DNA of 64,000 bases from Alistipes sp. Lineage in GTDB: Bacteria; Bacteroidota; Bacteroidia; Bacteroidales; Rikenellaceae. Shown here piece by piece: positions 56,657 to 64,000 of the stretch; positions within the stretch are counted from its first letter, which is position 1; each line of letters begins with the position of its first letter. Under the pieces are notes generated by a model that was not told the DNA's origin, did no database searches, and was given only the letters and a program-made list of their open reading frames with translations. The translations under genes were made by a program, and so were the position numbers. The stretch covers positions 8,638 to 72,637 of the forward strand of contig JAZOWW010000021.1 of NCBI GenBank assembly GCA_045659425.1, in the 5' to 3' direction.

Positions 56657-59600
56657 TTATCCTAATTTACCACGTTGTCTTTGTTTCTGGTATTGTTCCC
56701 ACTTTTCTACAAACCCGTTCTTTCCAAGCATCACAACCTGTGCGTTGAGAGGTTTATCCAATCGAGTTAGTACCCTCTCGAGCATCTTATAAAGAATTGC
56801 AATATCTGCTGGTGTTCCTCCTGATGGGCTAATCGATGAAGCATTGCCGCTTTGACCAATATATCCTCCGATAGCACGACCTACGACGCTATAAGGGGAG
56901 TATATCGCAGAGAAGTCGAGAGTGTCCAGAGTTCCATTTCGACGAGCTGTTTCCATCGCTGACAGCAGAGGATATACCGTAGGGTTCTGCAATGCCTCAT
57001 TTGGCATAACATACTCGGTTCCGTTCTCTGCAACAATAACCGTTGGTGTGCTAACAAAACCTCGCTTACCTGGGTTGAGTCGCGCACGGAATGGTTTACC
57101 ATCCTGCGCTCGACGCACCGAGATAGGATCGCCACCTCCGATGGGTCCGCCCTCTTCAGCACCGGTTGTGATGGGCGTTGCTGCGATTAAGGCAATTTCG
57201 GCAGCACCCATAGCAGCCATAATTCCTGCAGGGATAAGACCCCACGGAACACCCCATTGTGCAAGAGTCATCGTTACACCGAGGGCGGTGTTGATGATCG
57301 CTTGTGTGATGTTCATTGCTTTTTGGCGTTTTGCTTGCTTCAGCTGCAACTCTTCTTGAAAAGCGTCATATTCTGCATCCATTGCCTCGACCTCCGAATT
57401 GTATTGTGCTTCGGTGATCAGACCAGCATTAAGGCGTTTCTCGAGATCCTTCTTCTTTTTGTCGTTGTTCTTCTCGAATAGCTTGAGTTGCTTGTTCTCG
57501 GTTGCAGTCATATACTTATCGACAGCACCCCACAGCTGCATCATCTGGTCAGCAGCTGCACCAACAATTGTCGTAATCTGTTCTGTCCACTCTTCCCAGC
57601 CCTCCAAGTTGCCGTTAAACAAATCTGCCCACTCATCTTGAGAAAGCCCCCAAAACTCTCCGCCGCCAGAAGATTTATCTTGTGTATTAGATGATGCGCC
57701 TCTCAGTTTTTCCAATTCGGCTTGCAAGTCCGCAATCTCTTGAAGGAGTTTTGCCTTATCGGCATCCGAGAGTTCCACGCCAATCTCGAGGTCGCCAACT
57801 TTGCCGTTCTCGACCAAATTAGAAAGTTGAGCAATCATCTCGACCAGATACTTCTCGTCGAGGTCGTTGAGTTCCTTCCATTGCTTTTTACGCAATTCAC
57901 GAAGCTCACGCTGGGTGCCATCGAAGGACTCTAATTCCTGACGATGGCGACTCTCCATCATTCTACGCTCAACCTGGTATTGAGCTTGTCGTTTTTCGGT
58001 ATCATCGTTGAACTCGTCAAGTTTGATTTTGCCCAATCGAGCTTGATGAGCTCGCTCCAACGCCTCTAATGCTTTCGCATTGCCAGCATACTTGCGCTTC
58101 AACTTTTCGTAGTTGGCGTTCTCGATAGCAACTCGATCGTCACTCATTCGAGCAATCTCCATCGCCAACTCTTCTTGCTCACGCAAAGCCTGTTCGCTCT
58201 GCTGTCGTTGCTCTTTGGCTTGTCGCTCTTGCTCTTTGGCAGCTGTTTGTTGCTTCTCTAATAACTTGTCTGTAAGTTGCTCCTGTATAGCCAGACGGTC
58301 TTCAGCCGAGTCCGCATTGGCAGCCAAACGCTTCTGTAAAGTTGCAATTTCCAAGTCAAGAAGCTGTGTATTATACGCCTCCTCCGTAGCTATTTCTCCA
58401 CTCAAAAATTGGTTTTTCAGCGCAAGACGCTTTTCGAGGTATGATTTATCCGAATTTAGCGACCATTTGTCAACTCCTCCACTTCCTCCATTATTGTCAT
58501 CATTATCATTGTTGTCATCATCCTCACCAGTGGGATTTACTTTCACGGTTAAGGTTGTTTCGTAGCCATCCGCAACCTCTTTCTCGAGAACTGAAATAGC
58601 TTTATTTACTTCTGCAATTTCATCAGTAGCCTTCGAATAGCGTTCACTGGCTTTTTTGTAATCACTCTTGACAAAATCAATACCCGTCCACTGTTCAAAA
58701 TAACTTTGATTCCAAGGGCCATCTGGAGTTGCATTATTTCTATCTATTCGTGCAGACTCTTGTTCCTGCTCGAGTTTTCGTTTTTTCTTGTATAACTCCA
58801 CGAGTTCATCTTCAGCAGCCTGTAGTTTTATTTTTCGTTCAAGGGCTGTTAGGTAATTATTTATGGCAATTGTATTGTCGTTAATTAAATCACCTTCATC
58901 GGTAAGGGATCCTTTGTATTCAGGAATAATTCTCTGCAATTCTTCGATAGCTGCTTTACGAGCGAGAATCCCTCGTTTGTTATCGTGAATAATACTCGTA
59001 AGCGAGGTTATTTTTGCCCTTTCATCAGCGGTTTCTTCCGCAACTCGCTTGCTAATGCGCCCCATCGTATCAACAGCTTCACTCGTATCATCAGCAGATT
59101 GTTTCCAAGCTTGATACGCTGTAACAAGAGTACCTATTGCCAGCGTTGCCCAACCGATGGGACCCATTGATGCAAAGAAGGTCTTGAACGCAGTTCCTGC
59201 GGCTTTAAGATTGCCAACGAGTAAGTTCTTGGCAGCACTCAATAGAATTGTTGATTTTCTCGCTCCATTGAGAGCCACAACCTCATTTGCCAGCGCTGTA
59301 CGATTGGCAGCTGACCAGAACACCTGCAATTTTGACCACGCCACCTGTGCCTTCTGCTGTGCAACATAAGCGGCGTAGGTGGCAGCAAGTCCGATGATAA
59401 TTGCTCGATGTTTGATACCAACTGTTACGAGAGTGTTAAGAGTCCGTATTATCCAGGTACCTGTCGAGAGCGATACATTCATCGCAGGTACGAGAGTCTC
59501 ACCAAGAGCCACAGCCTCTTCGACGAGAGCCTTCTTGCGCTTCTCCGATTGTGCTGTTGCGGTATTGTTTTTGGTATTGAACTCGTCGATAATAGATGTG

Positions 59601-60940
59601 CCTTCATCAAATGCCTGGTTTGCGAGCAGCTGCTGGTTACGCAGCTCGTCGGAGTGCTTCGCCAAAGAGCCAAGAACCGTAGAGGCTCGCTGTCCCTGAA
59701 GGTTTAACGAATCGAGAGCTTTGACGACGGTGGTCATACCCTCACCACCTCTGTTCATACCCTCCAAAACTCGTATAAACGCCTCGTTCGCATCTTTCTC
59801 CAATAACTCCTTGAACTCACCAAAACTCATATGAGCAACACGAGCAAAGTCCTCGGTGCGCTTATACATACCTGTAATAGTCTGACCTACGGCGGTAGCA
59901 GCGGTTTCGCTCATTTGACCATACTTGTCGAGTGTAGCTGCCAAACCGAGCACCTTGTCGATAGCGATATTGGCATTAGGAGCAATACCAGCGATACGCT
60001 TTGTAAAGTTTACGATATAGCCCTCGTTAGCAGTGGATGCCATACCGAGGGAGTTAATAGCCGAGCCAGTCTTTAACATAGACTGCTCCAAACCGTACTG
60101 ACCTTCGAGGTTGAAAATATCGACGAGCTTACCAATCTCTCTGATTGCATCCTCGGCATCACCTCCAAGATCTTCGCCCAATGCCAGGTCGATTTTATCG
60201 GCTGCACCCACGAACTGCAAGATGCTATCTCGTCCATCGATACCGAGTTTACCTGCAATACGAGTAAGCCCCAAAAGTCTATTCTGGGAGGTGCGTGTAT
60301 CTATTTTCTTCAGATCTGCATTCAGAAGTAGCATCTCTTCTCGGGAGAGCCGGGTGGTCTTCATTGCATCGGCAATAGCCTCGTCCCACTCTTTGAACGA
60401 CTCTTTTGCTCGGTTCACTCCCGAGAACACAGCGGTCAAGGTGGCAAAACCAGCAGTAATAAGACCGATATAACGGTTGGCTCGTTCTGCCATCGTGCAG
60501 ATCGCACCACCTGTCGCCTTCGATTGCGCTCGGAGTTCTGCAAGTCGTGCGCTCGAGGTCTTCAGCTCTGCGTTGAGTTGTTTCCACAGTGGAGTCTTCG
60601 GGTCGGTCTTTGCAAGCTGTGCCCGGACACGATTGATGTGAGAGGTTAGCTCGGAGAGCGTCATCGTATTGACGGACTGCTGGCGGCGTAGAGCCTCCAG
60701 CTTCTCTCGATAGCCCTCGATGGCTTTAGTGTTCTTGCCAATCTGTGCTGATAGGTTACGATATGCCTGGGTGTCCTGCTTGCCCTGTTGTTCGAGCTTC
60801 TTGCGCTTGGCATACAATGTTTCGAGTTTCGAGTTGGTGTCGTGGATTGCACGCTCCAGCTCGCCCATCTGCTTGCGCCCATTATCGCCATTGATGATGA
60901 TGTTTAAGCGCAAATCTTCGTCACGGATAATCTTTGCCAT
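56657..60940 (-). CDS. Phage tail tape measure protein
   Basis: 1427 aa. N-terminal coiled coil, then a TP901-type core-like region (INSLGMASTANEGYIVNFTKRIAGIAPNANIAIDKVLGLAATLDKYGQMSETAATAVGQTI), hydrophobic segments, and long Glu/Lys/Gln-rich coiled coils. Confidence 0.8.
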   Translation of the reverse strand: MAKIIRDEDLRLNIIINGDNGRKQMGELERAIHDTNSKLETLYAKRKKLEQQGKQDTQAYRNLSAQIGKNTKAIEGYREKLEALRRQQSVNTMTLSELTSHINRVRAQLAKTDPKTPLWKQLNAELKTSSARLAELRAQSKATGGAICTMAERANRYIGLITAGFATLTAVFSGVNRAKESFKEWDEAIADAMKTTRLSREEMLLLNADLKKIDTRTSQNRLLGLTRIAGKLGIDGRDSILQFVGAADKIDLALGEDLGGDAEDAIREIGKLVDIFNLEGQYGLEQSMLKTGSAINSLGMASTANEGYIVNFTKRIAGIAPNANIAIDKVLGLAATLDKYGQMSETAATAVGQTITGMYKRTEDFARVAHMSFGEFKELLEKDANEAFIRVLEGMNRGGEGMTTVVKALDSLNLQGQRASTVLGSLAKHSDELRNQQLLANQAFDEGTSIIDEFNTKNNTATAQSEKRKKALVEEAVALGETLVPAMNVSLSTGTWIIRTLNTLVTVGIKHRAIIIGLAATYAAYVAQQKAQVAWSKLQVFWSAANRTALANEVVALNGARKSTILLSAAKNLLVGNLKAAGTAFKTFFASMGPIGWATLAIGTLVTAYQAWKQSADDTSEAVDTMGRISKRVAEETADERAKITSLTSIIHDNKRGILARKAAIEELQRIIPEYKGSLTDEGDLINDNTIAINNYLTALERKIKLQAAEDELVELYKKKRKLEQEQESARIDRNNATPDGPWNQSYFEQWTGIDFVKSDYKKASERYSKATDEIAEVNKAISVLEKEVADGYETTLTVKVNPTGEDDDNNDNDDNNGGSGGVDKWSLNSDKSYLEKRLALKNQFLSGEIATEEAYNTQLLDLEIATLQKRLAANADSAEDRLAIQEQLTDKLLEKQQTAAKEQERQAKEQRQQSEQALREQEELAMEIARMSDDRVAIENANYEKLKRKYAGNAKALEALERAHQARLGKIKLDEFNDDTEKRQAQYQVERRMMESRHRQELESFDGTQRELRELRKKQWKELNDLDEKYLVEMIAQLSNLVENGKVGDLEIGVELSDADKAKLLQEIADLQAELEKLRGASSNTQDKSSGGGEFWGLSQDEWADLFNGNLEGWEEWTEQITTIVGAAADQMMQLWGAVDKYMTATENKQLKLFEKNNDKKKKDLEKRLNAGLITEAQYNSEVEAMDAEYDAFQEELQLKQAKRQKAMNITQAIINTALGVTMTLAQWGVPWGLIPAGIMAAMGAAEIALIAATPITTGAEEGGPIGGGDPISVRRAQDGKPFRARLNPGKRGFVSTPTVIVAENGTEYVMPNEALQNPTVYPLLSAMETARRNGTLDTLDFSAIYSPYSVVGRAIGGYIGQSGNASSISPSGGTPADIAILYKMLERVLTRLDKPLNAQVVMLGKNGFVEKWEQYQKQRQRGKLG

Positions 60941-60941
60941 A

Positions 60942-61307
60942 TTACTTTTCGGATTTTAATTCTTCACGGAAAGTGGCAACAACTTCATCTGTGAGGTCAT
61001 ACATCAATCGATATGCGATTGACGAGTAGTGTCCGAATACGAAACGGTTGTGGATTTGTCGATTACGACGCACCTCTTTCGACTTGTATTGAAGTCGTTT
61101 CATATCGAGGAAACGCTGATATACGGTGTGCGAGAACGAGAGTTGCCCGTCCATTTCAGCACCTCCCGATACACTTGTCTTTCGAGTGTTGAAGAGTCGC
61201 CCTGTTCGGAACTGCAATTTCCGACCAAGAGCAGCTGCCTGGTTCTCCATCAAGCGGCGACCTTCGTCCTCGAGAATAGATTTCACAAACCTTTCTTTGA
61301 TTGACAT
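60942..61307 (-). CDS. Hypothetical protein upstream of the tape measure gene (chaperone position)
   Basis: 121-aa ORF ending 1 nt before the tape measure ATG. No motif recognised. Confidence 0.45.
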   Translation of the reverse strand: MSIKERFVKSILEDEGRRLMENQAAALGRKLQFRTGRLFNTRKTSVSGGAEMDGQLSFSHTVYQRFLDMKRLQYKSKEVRRNRQIHNRFVFGHYSSIAYRLMYDLTDEVVATFREELKSEK

Positions 61308-61323
61308 TGTTGCCTTTTTGCAA

Positions 61324-61359
61324 CAAAAATAGCCACCCGAAGGTGGCTACAAAAGGACA
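61324..61359 (-). promoter_or_regulatory. Hairpin module B (paralog of module A)
   Basis: The minus strand reads TGTCCTTTTGTAGCCACCTTCGGGTGGCTATTTTTG. Its flanks are identical to module A, and the stem differs by compensatory changes. Confidence 0.5.
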
Positions 61360-61372
61360 AAGATTGTGGCGA

Positions 61373-61531
61373 TTATTGGTCGTTGGAGTCGGCTTTTGTT
61401 TTGTCAAATAGTGTCAAAATGCCGCCGATGGTTGCCCCGAGAAAGAATAGTATGCCGTAGCCGACAAGTGCTATCACTCCCAGAGCAATCAAAATCATTA
61501 TTCCGTAACCTATAAAACTCCAAATCTCCAT
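61373..61531 (-). CDS. Small membrane protein (52 aa)
   Basis: Below the ORF-track cutoff. My translation is MEIWSFIGYGIMILIALGVIALVGYGILFFLGATIGGILTLFDKTKADSNDQ, with two hydrophobic segments. Confidence 0.35.
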   Translation of the reverse strand: MEIWSFIGYGIMILIALGVIALVGYGILFFLGATIGGILTLFDKTKADSNDQ

Positions 61532-61576
61532 AGTAAACTTGACTTTGTGAGTACAAATTTAACAAAAATTATTCAA

Positions 61577-61699
61577 TTATTCGTTGATGTCCTCAATTCG
61601 AGTGGGCTGCATACCAAGAACTGACTCCACTTCGGCTATCATTCGTGTCTTCTGCTCCTCGTTCTCGACGAGTATCTCATATATCAATTTCTGCTTCAT
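61577..61699 (-). CDS. Small ORF (40 aa)
   Basis: MKQKLIYEILVENEEQKTRMIAEVESVLGMQPTRIEDINE. Tightly packed in the same operon. Confidence 0.25.
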   Translation of the reverse strand: MKQKLIYEILVENEEQKTRMIAEVESVLGMQPTRIEDINE

Positions 61700-61711
61700 A
61701 GTTCTATCTGT

Positions 61712-61945
61712 TTAGGAATTTGCCTTTTTACTTGAGTTTTGATTACGGATAACTATACCCAAAGAACCGAAACAATTCGTGGTCGTGAGGAATATTAACT
61801 CTGGTGTCGCATTCTCATTCATTGAGCCAGCCATTAGGATAATAGACAAAATGACCCAAGTCCCAAAAAGTTTTGACTTTAACGAAATTGCCATCCACTC
61901 ACGACCGAGCAATCGTATTGCCCAATACTTCAAAAATCTTCTCAT
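61712..61945 (-). CDS. Small hypothetical protein with one TM segment (77 aa from the internal ATG)
   Basis: MRRFLKYWAIRLL...LFGTWVILSIILMAG. Starts 4 nt after the upstream stop. Confidence 0.3.
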   Translation of the reverse strand: MRRFLKYWAIRLLGREWMAISLKSKLFGTWVILSIILMAGSMNENATPELIFLTTTNCFGSLGIVIRNQNSSKKANS

Positions 61946-61949
61946 AGGG

Positions 61950-62219
61950 CTATTTCGGTTCAATGAGTTTACCAACGAATTGCTGTGCCAACAGGTCGCC
62001 GCCGACCTCCATCATAGCATTGATAAGATGCTCTTCAGCTGTACTGACGCACCCCTTGTACGAGTCGTAAGTGGCACGGTCAGGGATTGCCTCGAGATAG
62101 TTCAGCAACGCAGCTCGGGCATTTGCAATTTGCAAAAGAATCTGGGAGAGTTCTTTGTCGATTGGCAGTTCTTTCCAATCGGTGCGTAAGATTTTACGCT
62201 CTTCTGATTTGTTTGACAT
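61950..62219 (-). CDS. Small helical hypothetical protein (89 aa)
   Basis: MSNKSEERKILRTDWKELPIDKELSQILLQIANARAALLNYLEAIP... First ORF after the structured leader. Confidence 0.35.
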   Translation of the reverse strand: MSNKSEERKILRTDWKELPIDKELSQILLQIANARAALLNYLEAIPDRATYDSYKGCVSTAEEHLINAMMEVGGDLLAQQFVGKLIEPK

Positions 62220-62418
62220 AATGTGGTTTAGCATTAAATTAGGGTACAAAAAAACGGCGACCCTTTCCCGCTGCTAAACCACTTTTGAGGTGAGTTGCCA
62301 CAACTATTACGGTTGTGGCACGGGGGTAATCGCCGTGTACGAATATATATAGGCACAAAAAAAGCACCTAATTGGTGCAACCTCGGCACCTCAAATATGG
62401 TTTAGCACTACAAAGGTA
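62220..62418 (-). promoter_or_regulatory. Structured leader: promoter box, two hairpin-plus-U7 terminators and three-way competing pairings
   Basis: TACCTTTG box at 62411-62418. Terminator 1 is GCACC-AATTA-GGTGC plus TTTTTTT (62357-62378). Terminator 2 is ACGGCGA..TCGCCGT plus TTTTTTT (62248-62336). GCTAAACCA occurs twice and its complement TGGTTTAGC once. Confidence 0.55.
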
Positions 62419-62431
62419 AGCATTATTTGTT

Positions 62432-62472
62432 AAAAAACAATAGAGGAGCGAAGATTTTTTGTTTCGCCCCTC
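62432..62472 (-). terminator. Intrinsic terminator after the BRCT/exonuclease-like gene
   Basis: On the minus strand GAGGGGCGAA-loop-TTCGCTCCTC is followed by TATTGTTTTTT. Confidence 0.65.
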
Positions 62473-62497
62473 CTTAAAATTGTTATTCTATGCGTGT

Positions 62498-63373
62498 TTA
62501 TGCCTCGTCAAAAGCGTCCGTAAGCTCTGACATCATCATATAGAAGCTATCCGATGACATAATCTCAATATGAGCCTTGCCCTCTTTATTCAACTTCTCT
62601 GCTTTGGAAAGTTTACCACTCTTGCCCGTAGTAAGAACCGCTGGATTGTTATAGTTGCCAACGACGAGGATAGTGGTGTCTTTCGTTAAAGAGTCAGCAA
62701 AGTTACAACCAAGAGCCACAACAACATCTTTCAGTTCCTTGCGTGGTCTATCGAGGCTACCCGTAAACACGATTGTTTCGCCATATAGAGGACCATCAGG
62801 ATTGCCCTCTACACTCTCGATGCGGCTATTATCTCGCAGTCGTATTCGAGGTTTGTTTGCCAACTCAATCAATTCCTCGAGTGAGGAGCCCGTATGTGCA
62901 ATGGCTCGTTGGATAATCTCGTAGGTTGCCTCTGCGCTCGATAGGTCTGAAGGGATATCGAGAGCTGCTCTCATACTGCCAAGTCCATAACCGCTACGAG
63001 AGTGTTCCGTCCAGACTCGACGAACAATCCTTTCGCTGTTGATGTAGTTGGCATCAGGCAGATGTAGCCCGTATCGATTGCAAGCAGCTTGTAAAGCAAG
63101 TTTACTACTCGGCATATGGAATAGTACCGTTTTACCTTGCAGCAAGGAGCATATCTGCGAATACACATCGGGGAAAATCGGAGCAGACTCCAATATTTCA
63201 GCGGTGCCGCCAAATTCGTAGATTAGACCATAGTCAAAAATTTCATCTTCGGGATTGACATAAGTACGGTAGAGGTTCTGCTGGTTGTCAGATACCGTAA
63301 GTATCTCAATAAGATACACTAACTCGGGATTGTAGTCGGTGTACCTAACATTTAGGTAGGCAATGGTTTTCAT
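62498..63373 (-). CDS. BRCT-domain protein with degenerate DnaQ-like exonuclease N-terminal domain
   Basis: The C-terminal segment GETIVFTGSLDRPRKELKDVVVALGCNFADSLTKDTTILVVG...KLSKAEKLN is a clear BRCT pattern. The N-terminal ~170 aa have epsilon-exonuclease-like spacing but lack an obvious DxE. Start trimmed to MKTIAYL, because the upstream 81 codons translate DNA repeats. Confidence 0.6.
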   Translation of the reverse strand: MKTIAYLNVRYTDYNPELVYLIEILTVSDNQQNLYRTYVNPEDEIFDYGLIYEFGGTAEILESAPIFPDVYSQICSLLQGKTVLFHMPSSKLALQAACNRYGLHLPDANYINSERIVRRVWTEHSRSGYGLGSMRAALDIPSDLSSAEATYEIIQRAIAHTGSSLEELIELANKPRIRLRDNSRIESVEGNPDGPLYGETIVFTGSLDRPRKELKDVVVALGCNFADSLTKDTTILVVGNYNNPAVLTTGKSGKLSKAEKLNKEGKAHIEIMSSDSFYMMMSELTDAFDEA

Positions 63374-63395
63374 ATGTTTAGGAAAAAAACTTTCC

Positions 63396-63403
63396 CAAAG
63401 ATA
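63396..63403 (-). promoter_or_regulatory. -7 promoter box (TATCTTTG) upstream of the BRCT gene
   Basis: TAnnTTTG on the minus strand, 22 nt before the ATG at 63373. Confidence 0.5.
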
Positions 63404-63481
63404 GTGATTTTCTTTCAATCTGTCACGCTTCGTAGTATATATAAGAATGGAGAACTTGCAACATAAGTAGCCATATAGCGA

Positions 63482-63547
63482 GTAAGGTTGCAAGTAAGGT
63501 TGCAAGCTGGGCGGTTGTCTAATAGGTTGCTTAATGGGTTGTCTAAT
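63482..63547. repeat. Iteron/operator-like array: five direct GGTTG(C/T) repeats
   Basis: GTAAGGTTGCAA twice in tandem, then GGTTGTCTAAT / GGTTGCTTAAT / GGTTGTCTAAT. GGTTG starts at 63486, 63498, 63513, 63525 and 63537. Confidence 0.75.
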
Positions 63548-63738
63548 CAGATGTGACGGTAATGTGATTACGCCCTTTCTTTTTTTCTGCGAAAAGATTA
63601 AAAGAAAGTAAAGCATTGATACATAGCATATTGCCTTCTTTTCTTAAATATAATAGCGTTTATTTCTTTCTTTTATTGCCAAAATAAAAGCCTATCTATT
63701 TGCCTTTTGTTCGGGAAGAAAACTTCCGAAACAAATTA

Positions 63739-63769
63739 TATGCTCAAAAAATTGCAAATTTTGAGCATA
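63739..63769. promoter_or_regulatory. Large palindrome (operator-like)
   Basis: TATGCTCAAAA-N9-TTTTGAGCATA with 11-bp perfect arms. The centre contains TTGCAA. Confidence 0.6.
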
Positions 63770-63810
63770 AGACAACCGATATGTAAAGGAAAGTGCCATT
63801 TGCTTTACAT

Positions 63811-63838
63811 AAAAAACGAGCCGACTTTCATCGACTCG
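63811..63838 (-). terminator. Intrinsic terminator for the partial ORF at the right edge
   Basis: On the minus strand CGAGTCGA-loop-TCGGCTCG (one mismatch) is followed by TTTTTT. Confidence 0.5.
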
Positions 63839-63901
63839 CCACCTAATCGCTGCCTCACGGCGGTAATGTTGGTAAAAATTCCTAAACAAATGAAGTACCT
63901 A

Positions 63902-64000
63902 TTACTTGAAGGCTAATACTATGGAGTACCCATTCCACCCTCCAAAAATAGAGGAAACGGGGAATAGTTCTACATTGATGAGGTCAAGACCCGAGAGTAG
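63902..64000 (-). CDS. 3' end of an ORF entering from the right edge (unknown function)
   Basis: The open frame reads ...LLSGLDLINVELFPVSSIFGGWNGYSIVLAFK-stop. Only 32 codons are visible. Confidence 0.2.
   Translation of the reverse strand, partial: LLSGLDLINVELFPVSSIFGGWNGYSIVLAFK

Larger units (their letters stand above)
40607..64000. mobile_element. Integrated prophage or prophage-like element at tRNA-Met (right end beyond the window)
   Basis: An integrase lies 129 nt downstream of the tRNA. It is followed by hicAB, endolysin, DGR, tail fiber, baseplate-like ORFs, a tape measure protein and a regulatory/replication-like region. Almost all genes are co-oriented on the minus strand. Confidence 0.85.

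Noticed and set aside
58440-58520. Asp/Asn/Gly low-complexity run (DDDNNDNDDNNGGSGG) inside the tape measure gene.
   Set aside because: This is a common low-complexity linker in tape measure proteins. There is no independent DNA-level repeat structure of note.
63482-63547. Possible CRISPR array.
   Set aside because: The repeats are only 11-12 bp long, are directly adjacent without spacers of CRISPR size, and no cas genes are present.
63374-63616. N-terminal 81-codon extension of ORF 62498-63616 with proline/glutamine repeats (QPIKQPIRQPPSLQPYLQPY).
   Set aside because: It is the translation of the GGTTG direct-repeat DNA array. A TAnnTTTG box and a good ATG (63373) lie downstream, so the repeats are treated as non-coding regulatory or origin DNA.

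Overview
The window has two parts. Positions 1 to about 40.6 kb are an ordinary Bacteroidales-type chromosome segment. It is packed with housekeeping genes: recQ, ruvA, dinB, nrdJ, lysA, recF, cysS, gpsA, ppa, yajC and nusB, plus transporters, esterases and four tRNAs. Many genes are preceded by the Bacteroides-style -7 promoter box TAnnTTTG. Between two convergent tRNA-Ser genes (about 5.0-6.5 kb) lies a decayed patch holding tRNA 3'-end fragments, a nested palindrome and a collapsed patatin/Omp85 pseudogene.

From 40.6 kb to the right edge the window holds a prophage, or prophage-like element, inserted next to an initiator-like tRNA-Met. Its content, left to right, is:
- a tyrosine integrase;
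- hicAB;
- a lysis block with an amidase;
- a complete diversity-generating retroelement (DGR);
- tail/baseplate genes and a 1427-aa tape measure protein;
- a string of tiny ORFs behind a highly structured leader with two intrinsic terminators;
- a BRCT/exonuclease-like gene preceded by iteron-like repeats and palindromes.

The DGR is the strongest finding. It consists of a 1905-aa tail-fiber-like target whose last codons are the variable repeat (VR), an Avd-like four-helix-bundle gene, an 83-nt template repeat (TR) and a reverse transcriptase (RT). TR and VR differ at 7 positions, all of them TR adenines. The class is known, but this copy has several unusual local features, reported as separate findings:
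- the TR is translated in frame inside the RT ORF;
- a 13-nt inverted repeat links the VR 3' flank to the TR 5' flank;
- four phased GTTAAA repeats sit at the target stop codon;
- an extra ORF lies between the target and avd.

All functional calls come from reading motifs in the supplied translations and the DNA. No database search or folding program was run.
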